DNA of 64,000 nucleotides from the NCBI GenBank assembly GCA_900543695.1, contig UQSG01000005.1, positions 16,124 through 80,123 on the forward strand, written 5' to 3'. The stretch comes from an uncultured Clostridium sp. (lineage in GTDB: Bacteria; Bacillota; Clostridia; UBA1212; UBA1255). The notes under the pieces were generated by a model. It made no database searches, was not told the DNA's origin, and saw only the letters and a program-made list of their open reading frames with translations. The position numbers and the translations under genes are program-made. Positions 9,234 to 19,068 of this stretch are shown piece after piece (the stretch's first letter is position 1; every line of letters starts with the position of its first letter).

Positions 9234-10328
9234 ATGTCCTCTGTATTTGGAAAAAACATTAAGATATCGATTTTCGGACAGTCGCACTCTCCGGCGATCG
9301 GCGTCACCCTGGACGGAATTCCCGCAGGTGTAAAAATTGATTTCGACGCCTTGCAGGACTTTCTTGCGCGCCGCGCTCCGGGGACCTCAGAATTTACCAC
9401 GCCGCGCAAAGAAGCCGATATTCCGGAGTTTCTTTGCGGGCTTGTAAACGGCGTCACCTGCGGGGCGCCGATTACAGCGATCATCCGCAACACGAATACG
9501 CGTCCCTCCGATTATGCGGACCTGTCGGATATTCCGCGTCCCGGCCATGCCGACTACACTGCGCGCATAAAATATAAGGGCTACGAGGATCCTACCGGCG
9601 GCGGGCATTTTTCCGGACGGCTGACGGCGCCGCTGTGCATTGCAGGAGGCATCTGTCTGCAGCTGCTTCGTGAGAAAGGGATTCTGATCGGAGCGCACAT
9701 TCGAAAGCTTGGCGCCTGCGAGGACGTCCCCTTCGATCCGTGCAGCGTCTGCGCAGAAGATTTCCGAAAAACGGCCGGAAGGCAGCTGCCTGTTTTAGAT
9801 CCGGCGGCCGAACGGGATATGGGCGAGCTGATCCTGGCACAGAAATTGGCCGGAGACTCTATCGGGGGCACGATAGAATGTGCTATAATAGGACTGCCCG
9901 CAGGCATCGGCGATCCCATTTTCGACGGTCTGGAAAATCGAATCTCCTGCTGCGTTTTTGCCATTCCCGCTGTGAAGGGCATCGAATTCGGAAGCGGATT
10001 TGCGGTCGCCGACAGAAAGGGCTCTGAGAATAACGACGCTTTTTACGTTGAAAGTGGAAAAATTAAAACAAGGACGAATCATCACGGCGGAATTTTAGGC
10101 GGAATTTCTTCGGGAATGCCGATTTTGTTTCGCGCAGCCGTCAAGCCGACGCCCTCCATTGGCCTGGAGCAGGACAGCGTCAGGATGTCTGCCGGCATAA
10201 ACACAAAATTAAAAATATCCGGAAGGCACGATCCCTGCATTCTGCCGCGTGCCGTACCGTGTGTGGAAGCCGCGGCGGCAATCGCCGTTTATGATACACT
10301 GCTTAATTCTACAGAAGGATGTGATTGA
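9234..10328 (+). CDS. aroC: Chorismate synthase
   Basis: MSSVFGKNIKISIFGQSHSPAIGVTLDGIPAGV N-terminus and the GHADYTA region are typical of AroC. 364 aa. Confidence 0.95.
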   Translation: MSSVFGKNIKISIFGQSHSPAIGVTLDGIPAGVKIDFDALQDFLARRAPGTSEFTTPRKEADIPEFLCGLVNGVTCGAPITAIIRNTNTRPSDYADLSDIPRPGHADYTARIKYKGYEDPTGGGHFSGRLTAPLCIAGGICLQLLREKGILIGAHIRKLGACEDVPFDPCSVCAEDFRKTAGRQLPVLDPAAERDMGELILAQKLAGDSIGGTIECAIIGLPAGIGDPIFDGLENRISCCVFAIPAVKGIEFGSGFAVADRKGSENNDAFYVESGKIKTRTNHHGGILGGISSGMPILFRAAVKPTPSIGLEQDSVRMSAGINTKLKISGRHDPCILPRAVPCVEAAAAIAVYDTLLNSTEGCD

Positions 10329-11481
10329 TTTGAAGCATCAGGATTTAAACGATTTGCGTTCCAGGATCGACTCCGTCGACGACGAGATCATCCGCCTTTT
10401 TCAAGAGCGCATGCATATTTCATCTGAGATCGCTGAATTTAAAAAGGACCATGGCCTCCCCGTACAGGACGTGCAGAGAGAGCGGGAAAAGATCAGCGAT
10501 CTGATTGGAAAATCGGAAGAAGATTTTAAGTCCTATACGAGCGTGCTCTATTCCCTGCTGTTTGAGCTGAGCCGTTCTTATCAGGATAAAATTTTATATC
10601 CCTCCTCCGATCTGCAAAATAAAATATCGGCTGCGATTGATAATACGAGCAAAATTTTTCCGCCCTGCGCTACCGTAGCCTGCCAGGGCGTAGAAGGCGC
10701 CTATTCGCAGCATGCCTGCGAAAAGCTCTTCCATATTCCCAGAATTATGTATTTTAATAATTTTGCCAGTATTTTTTCTTCTATCGACAAGGGAATGTGC
10801 GATTACGGCGTTCTGCCGATTGAAAACAGCACCGCCGGCTCGGTAAAGCAAATTTACGATCTGATGATGTATTACAATTTTTATATTGTCCGCAGCGTCC
10901 GCGTTAAGGTCGATCACAATCTGCTTGCAAAAAAGGGCGCGGATCTCGCTCATATTAAAGAAATCTATTCGCATGAGCATGCGCTCGCACAGTGTACGAA
11001 TTATATTAACTCTCTTGGCAATGTTAAGGTAAACGTCGTGGAAAATACGGCGATCGCCGCAAAGCTCGTAGCGGATTCCGACCGGACCGATATCGCAGCC
11101 ATTTCGTCACGCTCCTGCGCGCCGCTTTACGGTCTGGATTGCCTCGCATCCTCCATCCAGGACAAGGGAAATAATTATACGCGTTTTATCTGCATATCCA
11201 AAAATCTGGAAATTTATCCGGGAGCGGACAGAACGAGTCTGATGATGATTATTTCGCACAAGCCCGGTTCTCTTTACAGAGTGCTCGCACGCTTCTACGC
11301 GCTCGGCATCAATCTGGTAAAGCTGGAAAGCCGGCCGATTCCGGATCGGGATTTTGAATTTATGTTCTATTTTGATCTTGATACTCCCGTGTATTCGAAA
11401 GAGTTCATTCAGCTGATCTGCGAACTGGACGGCCTCTGTGAAGAATTCCGTTATCTCGGAAGCTATTCGGAGATGATTTAA
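10321..11481 (+). CDS. pheA: Bifunctional chorismate mutase / prephenate dehydratase with C-terminal ACT domain
   Basis: N-terminal chorismate mutase helix (DLNDLRSRIDSVDDEIIRLFQERMHISSEIAEFK), prephenate dehydratase core, C-terminal ACT. The start is GTG at 10321 or TTG at 10330. Confidence 0.85.
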   Translation: MIDLKHQDLNDLRSRIDSVDDEIIRLFQERMHISSEIAEFKKDHGLPVQDVQREREKISDLIGKSEEDFKSYTSVLYSLLFELSRSYQDKILYPSSDLQNKISAAIDNTSKIFPPCATVACQGVEGAYSQHACEKLFHIPRIMYFNNFASIFSSIDKGMCDYGVLPIENSTAGSVKQIYDLMMYYNFYIVRSVRVKVDHNLLAKKGADLAHIKEIYSHEHALAQCTNYINSLGNVKVNVVENTAIAAKLVADSDRTDIAAISSRSCAPLYGLDCLASSIQDKGNNYTRFICISKNLEIYPGADRTSLMMIISHKPGSLYRVLARFYALGINLVKLESRPIPDRDFEFMFYFDLDTPVYSKEFIQLICELDGLCEEFRYLGSYSEMI

Positions 11482-11482
11482 A

Positions 11483-12754
11483 ATGAAAAGCATCGAAATC
11501 GGGGCCGGATATCACTGCGGCCTGCTGGGGGGAAAGCTGGGGCACAGCTTTTCCCCCTTGATCCACAGCCGCCTGGCGGATTATGAGTATCTTCTCTACG
11601 AAAGGACTGCGGAAGAAGTTCCGGATTTTCTGAGAAGCGGCAGTTGCAATGGGCTCAACGTCACCATTCCGTATAAAAAGACGGCGTTTTCGATCTGTGA
11701 CGAGCTCTCCCCCATCGCTCAGAAAACAGGCAGCGTCAATACGATCGTACGTCTGCCGGATGGCCGTTTGAAAGGTTATAATACCGATTATTTCGGCTTC
11801 TCCTATCTGGTACATAAGGCGGGCTTCGATGTTTCCGCAGGAAAAATACTTGTGCTCGGAAGCGGCGGCGCCTCCGTTACCGTATGCGCGGTCTTAAAAG
11901 ACCTGGGCGCAAAGGAGGTCGTAGTCATTTCGCGCTCCGGTCCGAATGATTACGATAATATCTATACGCTTCATCAAGACGCGCAGTATCTTGTAAATAC
12001 AACGCCTGTCGGCATGTACCCGAATACCGGCGCGGCGCCCGTAGATCTGTCGCGATTTCCGGATTGTGCCGGTGTGATCGATCTCATTTATAATCCTGCC
12101 AGAACGAAGCTTCTGCTGGACGCGGAGCGTGCCGGCGCCGCTGCCGTGAACGGTCTTTCTATGCTTGTCGCGCAGGCAAAGCAGTCGTGCGAGCTGTTTA
12201 CCGGCCGCCCCATCAGCGACAGTACCATCGAAGAAATCGCCGGAGAAATTGAAGCGCTGACCAAAAACATCATATTAATTGGAATGCCGGGATGCGGAAA
12301 AAGCACGGTGGGGGCAAACCTCGCACATGTGCTGAACCGGCCGTTTGTCGATATCGACGACGTAATAGAATCACGGATCGCCATGACAATCTGCGATTTT
12401 TTTAAAGCATACGGGGAAAAGGCTTTCCGAAAAATTGAAACGGAGGTTCTGGCCGAATACGCGAAGGGAAGCGGACAGATTATTGCGACAGGCGGCGGCA
12501 TCGTCACCATTCCGGAGAATCTGCCGCTTATGAGACAGAACGGAACGATCGTCCTGCTGAACCGGCCGCTCCACGAGCTTCCGGTCGCAGGCCGCCCGAT
12601 TTCAATGTCCTGCGATCTCGTACGTCTGGAGCAGGAACGTCTTCCCCTCTATCAGTCGTGGAAGGATGTTTCCGTCAAGTCCGGAAATCCGGAGGAAACG
12701 ACGCGCAGCATTATCTCGCTTCTGTTTCCGCAGCAGCAAGCTTCTGAAGGATAA
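11483..12754 (+). CDS. aroE: Fused shikimate dehydrogenase (N-terminal) and shikimate kinase (C-terminal)
   Basis: AroE motifs (GKLGHSFSPLIHS, YNTDYFGF) followed by a shikimate kinase P-loop IILIGMPGCGKSTVG. Confidence 0.85.
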   Translation: MKSIEIGAGYHCGLLGGKLGHSFSPLIHSRLADYEYLLYERTAEEVPDFLRSGSCNGLNVTIPYKKTAFSICDELSPIAQKTGSVNTIVRLPDGRLKGYNTDYFGFSYLVHKAGFDVSAGKILVLGSGGASVTVCAVLKDLGAKEVVVISRSGPNDYDNIYTLHQDAQYLVNTTPVGMYPNTGAAPVDLSRFPDCAGVIDLIYNPARTKLLLDAERAGAAAVNGLSMLVAQAKQSCELFTGRPISDSTIEEIAGEIEALTKNIILIGMPGCGKSTVGANLAHVLNRPFVDIDDVIESRIAMTICDFFKAYGEKAFRKIETEVLAEYAKGSGQIIATGGGIVTIPENLPLMRQNGTIVLLNRPLHELPVAGRPISMSCDLVRLEQERLPLYQSWKDVSVKSGNPEETTRSIISLLFPQQQASEG

Positions 12755-12760
12755 ACGCAA

Positions 12761-13651
12761 ATGGAACTTCGTGTATTAAATTATTTCCTGGCAATCGCAC
12801 GAGAAGAAAATTTCACAAAAGCGGCGCGGCAGCTCCATGTGACGCAGCCTACGCTTTCGCGGCAGATCGCGCAGCTTGAGAAGGAGCTGGGCGTGGAGCT
12901 GTTTGTAAGAGGCAAGCATAATATTAATTTGACCGAAGACGGCATGATCCTTAAGCGCAGAGCGCAGGAAATGCTTTCCCTGGCTGAAAAAACAAAGCGG
13001 GATTTTTTACATAAGGACGAAGCCCTGGAGGGCGTTCTTTCCATCGGCAGCGGAGAATTTCTGTCCACCCGCTATTTAACCGACTGCATTGCTGCGTATC
13101 GAAAAAAGCATCCGCTTGTACGCTATGAGCTCTACAGCGGGAATGCGGGAAATATTCGCGATTATATCGAAAGAGGTCTGCTCGATCTGGGCCTGATGTC
13201 CGAGCCGATCGACATCCGCAAATATGAATTTGTATCCATGCCGATAAAAGAACAGTGGGGCGCATGGGTCCGAAACGATTCGCATCTGGCGGAAAAGGAA
13301 TCCGTAACGCCGCAGGATCTGGCAGGCGTTCCCTTAATTTCAACCTTGGGCGAATTTATGGAGAGCAGCATCGGGAAATGGTTTGGCGAGTACGCCGGAC
13401 AGGCGGCGATTATTGCAAAAGGAAATCTGCTTTACAATGAAGCAATGTTAGCCCAAAGCAAGCTCGGAGCCGTCATCGGAATCCGTTTAAACTGCAAATA
13501 TGAGGGGCTGCGCTTTCTTCCGTTCTCCCCCGCTCTTGAAAGCGGGACGGCTTTAGCATGGAAAAAAGAGCAGTTTTTTTCCGCCGCCGCCTCTTCTTTT
13601 ATCGAATTTAGTATTCAATACCTAAAAGACATAACTCATAATGAATTATAA
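12761..13651 (+). CDS. LysR-family transcriptional regulator
   Basis: N-terminal HTH MELRVLNYFLAIAREENFTKAARQLHVTQPTLSRQIAQLE plus a substrate-binding domain. 296 aa. Confidence 0.85.
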   Translation: MELRVLNYFLAIAREENFTKAARQLHVTQPTLSRQIAQLEKELGVELFVRGKHNINLTEDGMILKRRAQEMLSLAEKTKRDFLHKDEALEGVLSIGSGEFLSTRYLTDCIAAYRKKHPLVRYELYSGNAGNIRDYIERGLLDLGLMSEPIDIRKYEFVSMPIKEQWGAWVRNDSHLAEKESVTPQDLAGVPLISTLGEFMESSIGKWFGEYAGQAAIIAKGNLLYNEAMLAQSKLGAVIGIRLNCKYEGLRFLPFSPALESGTALAWKKEQFFSAAASSFIEFSIQYLKDITHNEL

Positions 13652-13686
13652 GCATTAGACATCATACGGCAGCCGCACTACAATAA

Positions 13687-13716
13687 AGGCGTTCCAAAAA
13701 AGGAACGCCTTTTTTA
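13687..13716 (+). terminator. Rho-independent terminator after the LysR gene
   Basis: AGGCGTTCC-aaaaaa-GGAACGCCT followed by TTTTTAT. Confidence 0.6.
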
Positions 13717-13743
13717 TCAGCAAGCAGAAGAAAGGAGCCGGAA

Positions 13744-14085
13744 ATGACAACAGACGAAGCAAGCACGCGATATAACATTCCCGAAAAAATATTGAGGGAA
13801 TATGAGCGCTGGGGATTTCGGGAGAACGCCGGAGCGCGGGATTACGACGCGTACGATATTGAAAAACTGAGCATGATCATAACCCTTTGCGAAATTGGTT
13901 TTGCGCCGGAAGAGGTCGAGCAGTATATGCGGCTGCTGCTTGCAGACCGATCCACGGAAAACGAACGGCTGCAAATGCTCAATCAGAAAAGGAACAGGAC
14001 GCTTGATGAAATTCACTTTAAGGAAAAGCAATTAGATCGTCTGGATTATCTGCGTTATGAAATACAGCAGGCAAACGGGGAATAA
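13744..14085 (+). CDS. MerR-family-like small transcriptional regulator
   Basis: N-terminal YNIPEKILREYERWGF ... YDIEKLSMIITLCEIGFAPEEVEQYM matches the MerR HTH/effector-helix pattern. It sits upstream of the flavodoxin/oxidoreductase cluster. Confidence 0.55.
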   Translation: MTTDEASTRYNIPEKILREYERWGFRENAGARDYDAYDIEKLSMIITLCEIGFAPEEVEQYMRLLLADRSTENERLQMLNQKRNRTLDEIHFKEKQLDRLDYLRYEIQQANGE

Positions 14086-14119
14086 ATTTTTACCTCATAT
14101 GAGAAAGGAGTTTGAAAAA

Positions 14120-14770
14120 ATGAAAAAAACAATTTTACTGGTTATGACTATTTTGGCACTTTGCAGCTTTGCAGGCTGCGGAAGCGGCGGCGGAACCGAA
14201 GCCCTGCCGACGTCAGAAGCAGAAACGCAAAGCGGAGCTTCAGCGTCCCCTGCCCCGGCGTCCGGCTCCGGCAGCACGGATGCAAAAGCACTAGTCGTAT
14301 ATTTTTCCTGGTCGGGCAATACCGAAGCAGTTGCAGCGGCGATCCAAAGCCAGACGGGCGCGGAGCTTTTTGAAATCGTTCCCCAGACGCCCTACAGCGA
14401 CGATTATAATACGCTTCTTGATGATGCGCAGGAAGAGCAGAGTTCAGACGCGCGCCCGGCAATTTCCGGCACGATTGAAAATCTGGAGCAATATGATGTG
14501 ATTTATGTCGGATTCCCGAACTGGTGGGGCGACATGCCGATGATTCTCTATACGTTCTTCGACAGCTATGACTTATCCGGTAAAACGATCGCACCGTTCT
14601 GCACCAGCGGAGGCAGCGGCCTTTCCGGTACAGTCAATACGATAAAAGCGCTTGAGCCGAACGCTGCAGTTACGGACGGACTTCATATCGGCAGCTCTGC
14701 CGCTTCCAATCCGGACGGCGCCGTCAGCAGCTGGCTGAGCGAGATCGGACTTGCAGAAGCAGGAGGCTGA
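14120..14770 (+). CDS. Flavodoxin-like lipoprotein (module 1 of 3)
   Basis: AAAGGAG RBS then MKKTILLVMTILALCSFAGCGS lipobox. Flavodoxin core ALVVYFSWSGNTEAVA ... YVGFPNWWGDMP ... PFCTSGGSG. Confidence 0.8.
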   Translation: MKKTILLVMTILALCSFAGCGSGGGTEALPTSEAETQSGASASPAPASGSGSTDAKALVVYFSWSGNTEAVAAAIQSQTGAELFEIVPQTPYSDDYNTLLDDAQEEQSSDARPAISGTIENLEQYDVIYVGFPNWWGDMPMILYTFFDSYDLSGKTIAPFCTSGGSGLSGTVNTIKALEPNAAVTDGLHIGSSAASNPDGAVSSWLSEIGLAEAGG

Positions 14771-14773
14771 CAA

Positions 14774-16210
14774 ATGAAGAAATCTCTGTCGTTTCTTTTA
14801 TCTCTGTTTCTTATCATTGCTCTGACCGCCTGCGGCCAGACGGGCAATAAGGGCGGGCGCGGACCGTCTGAAAATAATATTACAGGGGGATCGGATATGA
14901 ACGCTTCTGATCAATTTGTTCTGATTTCCGGGGGCTCCTTCCAGATGGGCAGCCCGGAATCCGAGGCGTGGCGCAGCGCCGATGAAACGCAGCATCACGT
15001 AACTGTCAGCGACTTTTACATGAGCCGGTACGAGCTGACGCAAAAAGAATACGAGGAAATCATGGGCAATAATCCCAGCAGCTTTACAGGCAGCAATCTG
15101 CCGGTCGAGAGCGTTTCCTGGCTCGACGCAGTCGCTTACTGCAACGCCCGCAGCGAGAAGGAAGGCCTGGCTCCGGCCTATAAAATAAACGGGCAGGAAG
15201 TAACCTGGGACAGAAGCGCAAACGGGTACCGTCTGCCAACCGAAGCGGAATGGGAATACGCCTGCCGCGCGGGAACCACTACGCCATTTTATATGGAAAA
15301 CTCGCCGAGCGCTGCGGAAGCGAATTATTACGGTCATTATCCCTATCAGATCGAAGACCACTATTTTTCACAGGGGGATTTGGAGGTGCAGCCCGGTCAG
15401 TACAGGCAAACGACAATTGCTGTGGGCAGCTTCTCCCCAAATCCATATGGACTTTACGATATGTATGGGAATGTAAGCGAATGGGTATGGGATTATTACG
15501 GCGAATATCCCGCCGAAGAACAAGTCGACCCGGCCGGTCCGGCTTCCGGCACGCTCCGCGTTTATCGGGGCGGCGGCTGGAACGATTTTGCTAAAAATAT
15601 GCGTTCCGCATATCGCGCCACGCTGGAGCAGAATAAAAGCAGCTTTAATCTCGGAATCCGGTTAGTGTTAAATGCCGCTCCCGGCACGGGCAGTATATCG
15701 GGTACGGGCGCGCAGAGTGCAGGCGACGGCGGAAGCGGAAAAATCCTGATCGCCTATTTCTCCTGGGGCGGCAACACGGAAGGAATTGCGGAAGAGATTC
15801 AAAGGCAAACGGGCGCGGACCTGTTTGAGATTACAATGGTCCATCCGTATTCCACGGACTACAGCACCGTTTTAGAAGAAGCACAGCGAGATCAAAACGC
15901 ACAGGCTCGTCCGGAGCTTGCAGGCCGCGTAGAAAATATGGAGCAGTACGGCACGATCCTTTTGGGATATCCCAACTGGTGGGCCTCTATTCCCATGCCA
16001 GTGGCGTCATTCCTTGAAGTATTCGATTTTTCCGGAAAGACGATTATCCCGTTCTGTTCTCACGGCGGCGGCCGCCTGGGCCAGAGCTTAACGGCGATTG
16101 CAAAGCTTGCTCCGGATGCCGCCATGGGAGAAGCCCTTTCCGTACATTATTCGGGCGGCTCCAGCCTTGCGGAGGATGTCGCCGACTGGCTTAGCCGCAA
16201 TGGAATATAA
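14774..16210 (+). CDS. Lipoprotein fusing a formylglycine-generating-enzyme (SUMF1/FGE-sulfatase) domain to a C-terminal flavodoxin-like domain (module 2 of 3)
   Basis: Signal/lipobox LIIALTACGQ. FGE domain GGSFQMGSP...RYELTQKEYEEIMGNNPS...SVSWLDAVAYCNARS...YRLPTEAEWEYACRAG...RGGGW. C-terminal KILIAYFSWGGNTEGIA...GYPNWWASIP...PFCSHGGG. Confidence 0.8.
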   Translation: MKKSLSFLLSLFLIIALTACGQTGNKGGRGPSENNITGGSDMNASDQFVLISGGSFQMGSPESEAWRSADETQHHVTVSDFYMSRYELTQKEYEEIMGNNPSSFTGSNLPVESVSWLDAVAYCNARSEKEGLAPAYKINGQEVTWDRSANGYRLPTEAEWEYACRAGTTTPFYMENSPSAAEANYYGHYPYQIEDHYFSQGDLEVQPGQYRQTTIAVGSFSPNPYGLYDMYGNVSEWVWDYYGEYPAEEQVDPAGPASGTLRVYRGGGWNDFAKNMRSAYRATLEQNKSSFNLGIRLVLNAAPGTGSISGTGAQSAGDGGSGKILIAYFSWGGNTEGIAEEIQRQTGADLFEITMVHPYSTDYSTVLEEAQRDQNAQARPELAGRVENMEQYGTILLGYPNWWASIPMPVASFLEVFDFSGKTIIPFCSHGGGRLGQSLTAIAKLAPDAAMGEALSVHYSGGSSLAEDVADWLSRNGI

Positions 16211-16251
16211 AAATAAAAAGAAGCAGAATGCTCTTTAAGGAGGAAACCACA

Positions 16252-16728
16252 ATGTCAAAAAAATTAGTTGCATTTTTTTCGGCAAGCGGCGTCACAAAAA
16301 ACGTCTCCGAACGGCTGGCAAAGATTGCAGACGCAGATTTATTTGAAATCAAACCGGCGATTCCCTACAGCCGGGCCGACCTGGACTGGACAAATAAAAA
16401 AAGCCGCAGCTCTTTGGAGATGAGCGATCCCGATTCCCGGCCTGAAATTGCAGAAGCGCTTCCTAATATGGAAGAATACGATACCGTATTCCTTGGCTTT
16501 CCGATCTGGTGGTATGTCGCCCCCACTATTATCAATACCTTTCTGGAGAGCTATGATTTTTCCGGAAAGACCATCATCCCATTCGCCACGTCGGGCGGCA
16601 GCGGATTTGGAAGAACGGCAGAGATCTTAAAGCCGCTCTGCGCGCAAACGGCAAAATGGCGGGACGGGAAAATGCTGAACCACATATCAGATAAGGCATT
16701 AAAGGATTGGGCGGCAGGTCTTTCATGA
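16252..16728 (+). CDS. Flavodoxin (module 3 of 3, cytoplasmic)
   Basis: AAGGAGG RBS. MSKKLVAFFSASGVTKNVSE...FLGFPIWWYVAP...PFATSGGSG. Confidence 0.85.
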   Translation: MSKKLVAFFSASGVTKNVSERLAKIADADLFEIKPAIPYSRADLDWTNKKSRSSLEMSDPDSRPEIAEALPNMEEYDTVFLGFPIWWYVAPTIINTFLESYDFSGKTIIPFATSGGSGFGRTAEILKPLCAQTAKWRDGKMLNHISDKALKDWAAGLS

Positions 16729-17318
16729 AAACCGAAAGAGAAAAAATGCTCTGCGGTGAATTTTACGATACCCGCGACCATGAGCTTCGCGCGCTGAGCA
16801 GCAATGCGAAAGATCTGATGCGCATTTACAACAGCCTGCCTGCTGAAAATACAGAGCTGCGCAGTCGAATGATCCGGATGCTGTTCGGAGCCTGCGGCGA
16901 TAACATCCGCGTAAATCAGCCGATTTATGTGGACTATGGAAGCAATATTTCAATCGGCAGCAATTGTCTGATCAATATGAACTGTACGCTGCTGGACACA
17001 GGCAGAATTACAATCGGGGATAACACGCTGATTGGACCGGATGTAAAAATTTATACCGCGTTCCACCCGCTTTCTGCCAGCGAGCGCTATTTTACGGATG
17101 AAAAGGGAGAAAAAGCAGTCCGTACGCAAACTGCCGCCGTTACGATCGGAAGCAACGTATGGATCGGGGGCGGGGCGATGCTCCTGCCCGGTATTACAAT
17201 CGGAGATAATGCCGTAATCGGCGCCGGCAGCGTCGTGACAGGATCCATCCCCGCAAACGCCGTCGCCTGCGGAAATCCCTGTAAAGTGAAAAAATATCTC
17301 ATAGAACAAACGCCGTAA
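16725..17318 (+). CDS. Hexapeptide-repeat O-acetyltransferase (maltose/galactoside acetyltransferase-like)
   Basis: Mac/LacA-like N-terminus then left-handed beta-helix hexapeptide repeats (IGSNCLINMNCTLLD..., IGSNVWIGGGAMLLPGITIGDNAVIGAGSVV). Overlaps the upstream stop. Confidence 0.85.
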   Translation: MKTEREKMLCGEFYDTRDHELRALSSNAKDLMRIYNSLPAENTELRSRMIRMLFGACGDNIRVNQPIYVDYGSNISIGSNCLINMNCTLLDTGRITIGDNTLIGPDVKIYTAFHPLSASERYFTDEKGEKAVRTQTAAVTIGSNVWIGGGAMLLPGITIGDNAVIGAGSVVTGSIPANAVACGNPCKVKKYLIEQTP

Positions 17319-17331
17319 GGAGCTGAAGACG

Positions 17332-18369
17332 ATGAAGTACGGCAAATTAGGAACATCCGAATTAACGGTGTCCCGTATCTGTATGGGCTGTATGGGCTTT
17401 GGGGAAGCCGGCAGCGGCCAGCACAGCTGGACGGTCGGCGAGTCAATTTCCCGGGAAATCATAAAAAAAGGGCTGGCGCTTGGAATCAATTTTTTCGATA
17501 CGGCAATCGCCTATCAAAACGGAACGAGCGAACAGTATCTTGGCAGCGCCCTGCGGGATTTTGCAAAGCGCGACGAGGTGATAATTGCGACAAAATTTCT
17601 GCCGCGCACTCCGGAAGAGATCGATCGCGGAATTACAGGTCAGCAGCATATTGAGAAGCTGCTCGACCGCAGTCTGAAAAATCTCGGTGTGGACTATGTC
17701 GATCTATATATCTATCATATGTGGGATTACGGGACGCCCCTTTATGATATCATGGAAGGGCTGCATCGCGTTGTAAAAGCCGGCAAGGTCCGCTATATCG
17801 GCATTTCAAACTGTTATGCATATCAGCTGGCAAAGGCCAATGCGCTTGCCGAAAAAGAAGGCTTTTCAAAATTTGTGTCGGTACAGGGACATTATAATCT
17901 TATTTTCCGCGAGGAGGAGCGGGAAATGGCAAAACTCTGCGCAGAGGATCAGATTGCCATGACTCCGTACAGCCCGCTTGCCGGCGGCCGGCTTGCCAGG
18001 CTGCCCGGGGAAACCTCAAAACGTCTGCAGGAAGACGAATATGCCCGACTCAAATACGACGCTGCCGCCGAACAGGATCGCGTAATCATCCGGCGCGCTG
18101 CGCAGCTTGCTGAAAATCGCGGCGTTTCCATGACGGAAATCTCTCTGGCCTGGCTTTTGGCGAAGGGAACCTTCCCCGTTACAGGCGCAACGAAGCAGTC
18201 TCATATCGAGGGAGCCGCCAGGGCCGTCGATCTGGTTTTAAGCGGCGAAGAGCTTGCTTTTTTGGAAACGCCGTATGTTCCCCACCCCCTTGTCGGCGTC
18301 ATGGCACAGAATACACCCGATACCGCAAAAGAAAAACATGTTTGGTCTGCGGGAGCAGAACCGGTCTGA
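17332..18369 (+). CDS. Aldo/keto reductase family oxidoreductase
   Basis: MKYGKLGTSELTVSRICMGCMGFG N-terminus, AKR core, 345 aa. Confidence 0.9.
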   Translation: MKYGKLGTSELTVSRICMGCMGFGEAGSGQHSWTVGESISREIIKKGLALGINFFDTAIAYQNGTSEQYLGSALRDFAKRDEVIIATKFLPRTPEEIDRGITGQQHIEKLLDRSLKNLGVDYVDLYIYHMWDYGTPLYDIMEGLHRVVKAGKVRYIGISNCYAYQLAKANALAEKEGFSKFVSVQGHYNLIFREEEREMAKLCAEDQIAMTPYSPLAGGRLARLPGETSKRLQEDEYARLKYDAAAEQDRVIIRRAAQLAENRGVSMTEISLAWLLAKGTFPVTGATKQSHIEGAARAVDLVLSGEELAFLETPYVPHPLVGVMAQNTPDTAKEKHVWSAGAEPV

Positions 18370-18381
18370 AAGGAGAACAAA

Positions 18382-19068
18382 ATGAATCTGCAGGAAACCG
18401 ATCCCGAATTTATGGAACGTTTTGAACACTTTGCTTTGCATGAAGTCGTAAGCGAAGAAAATCAGAGTCTCGAAGAGCAAACGCGATCAATTGTGATTCT
18501 GGCCGCGCTCATCGGCTGTCAGGGAACAGACGCATACCGTGAAATGCTGCCGCAAGCCCTCCGCCTCGGAGTCACGCCGGTAATGGTAAAAGAAATCGTC
18601 TATCAGGCGGCGGACTATTTGGGCTACGCCAGAATGCTGCCTTTTCTAAAGATCACTAACGAGATTCTGATCCGGCACGGAGTCCCGCTCCCGCTGGATG
18701 GGCAGGCAACTACGACACCGGATAATCGGCTGGAAAAGGGCGTTCAGATCCAGACAGAAATTTTCGGAGAACAGATGAAAGAGGCGTGGAAAAACGGGCA
18801 CATCAACCGCTGGCTGGCAGCAAATTGCTTTGGCGATTACTATACGAGAACAGGGCTTACGCTTGCGCAGCGGGAGCTGATTACCTTTTGCTTTCTTATG
18901 GCGCAGGGCGGCTGCGAGCCGCAGCTGATCGCGCATGCGAAAGGAAACATTAATCTGGGCAATGATAAAGAGCTCCTGATTCGTGTCGTTTCGCAATGCC
19001 TGCCCTATATCGGCTATCCACGCAGCTTAAATGCGATCAGCTGTATCAATAAGGCGGTGGAAGAATGA
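18382..19068 (+). CDS. Carboxymuconolactone decarboxylase (AhpD-like) family protein, two tandem CMD domains
   Basis: CMD-type helices (LIGCQGTDAY..., FCFLMAQGGCEPQL). 228 aa. Confidence 0.75.
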   Translation: MNLQETDPEFMERFEHFALHEVVSEENQSLEEQTRSIVILAALIGCQGTDAYREMLPQALRLGVTPVMVKEIVYQAADYLGYARMLPFLKITNEILIRHGVPLPLDGQATTTPDNRLEKGVQIQTEIFGEQMKEAWKNGHINRWLAANCFGDYYTRTGLTLAQRELITFCFLMAQGGCEPQLIAHAKGNINLGNDKELLIRVVSQCLPYIGYPRSLNAISCINKAVEE

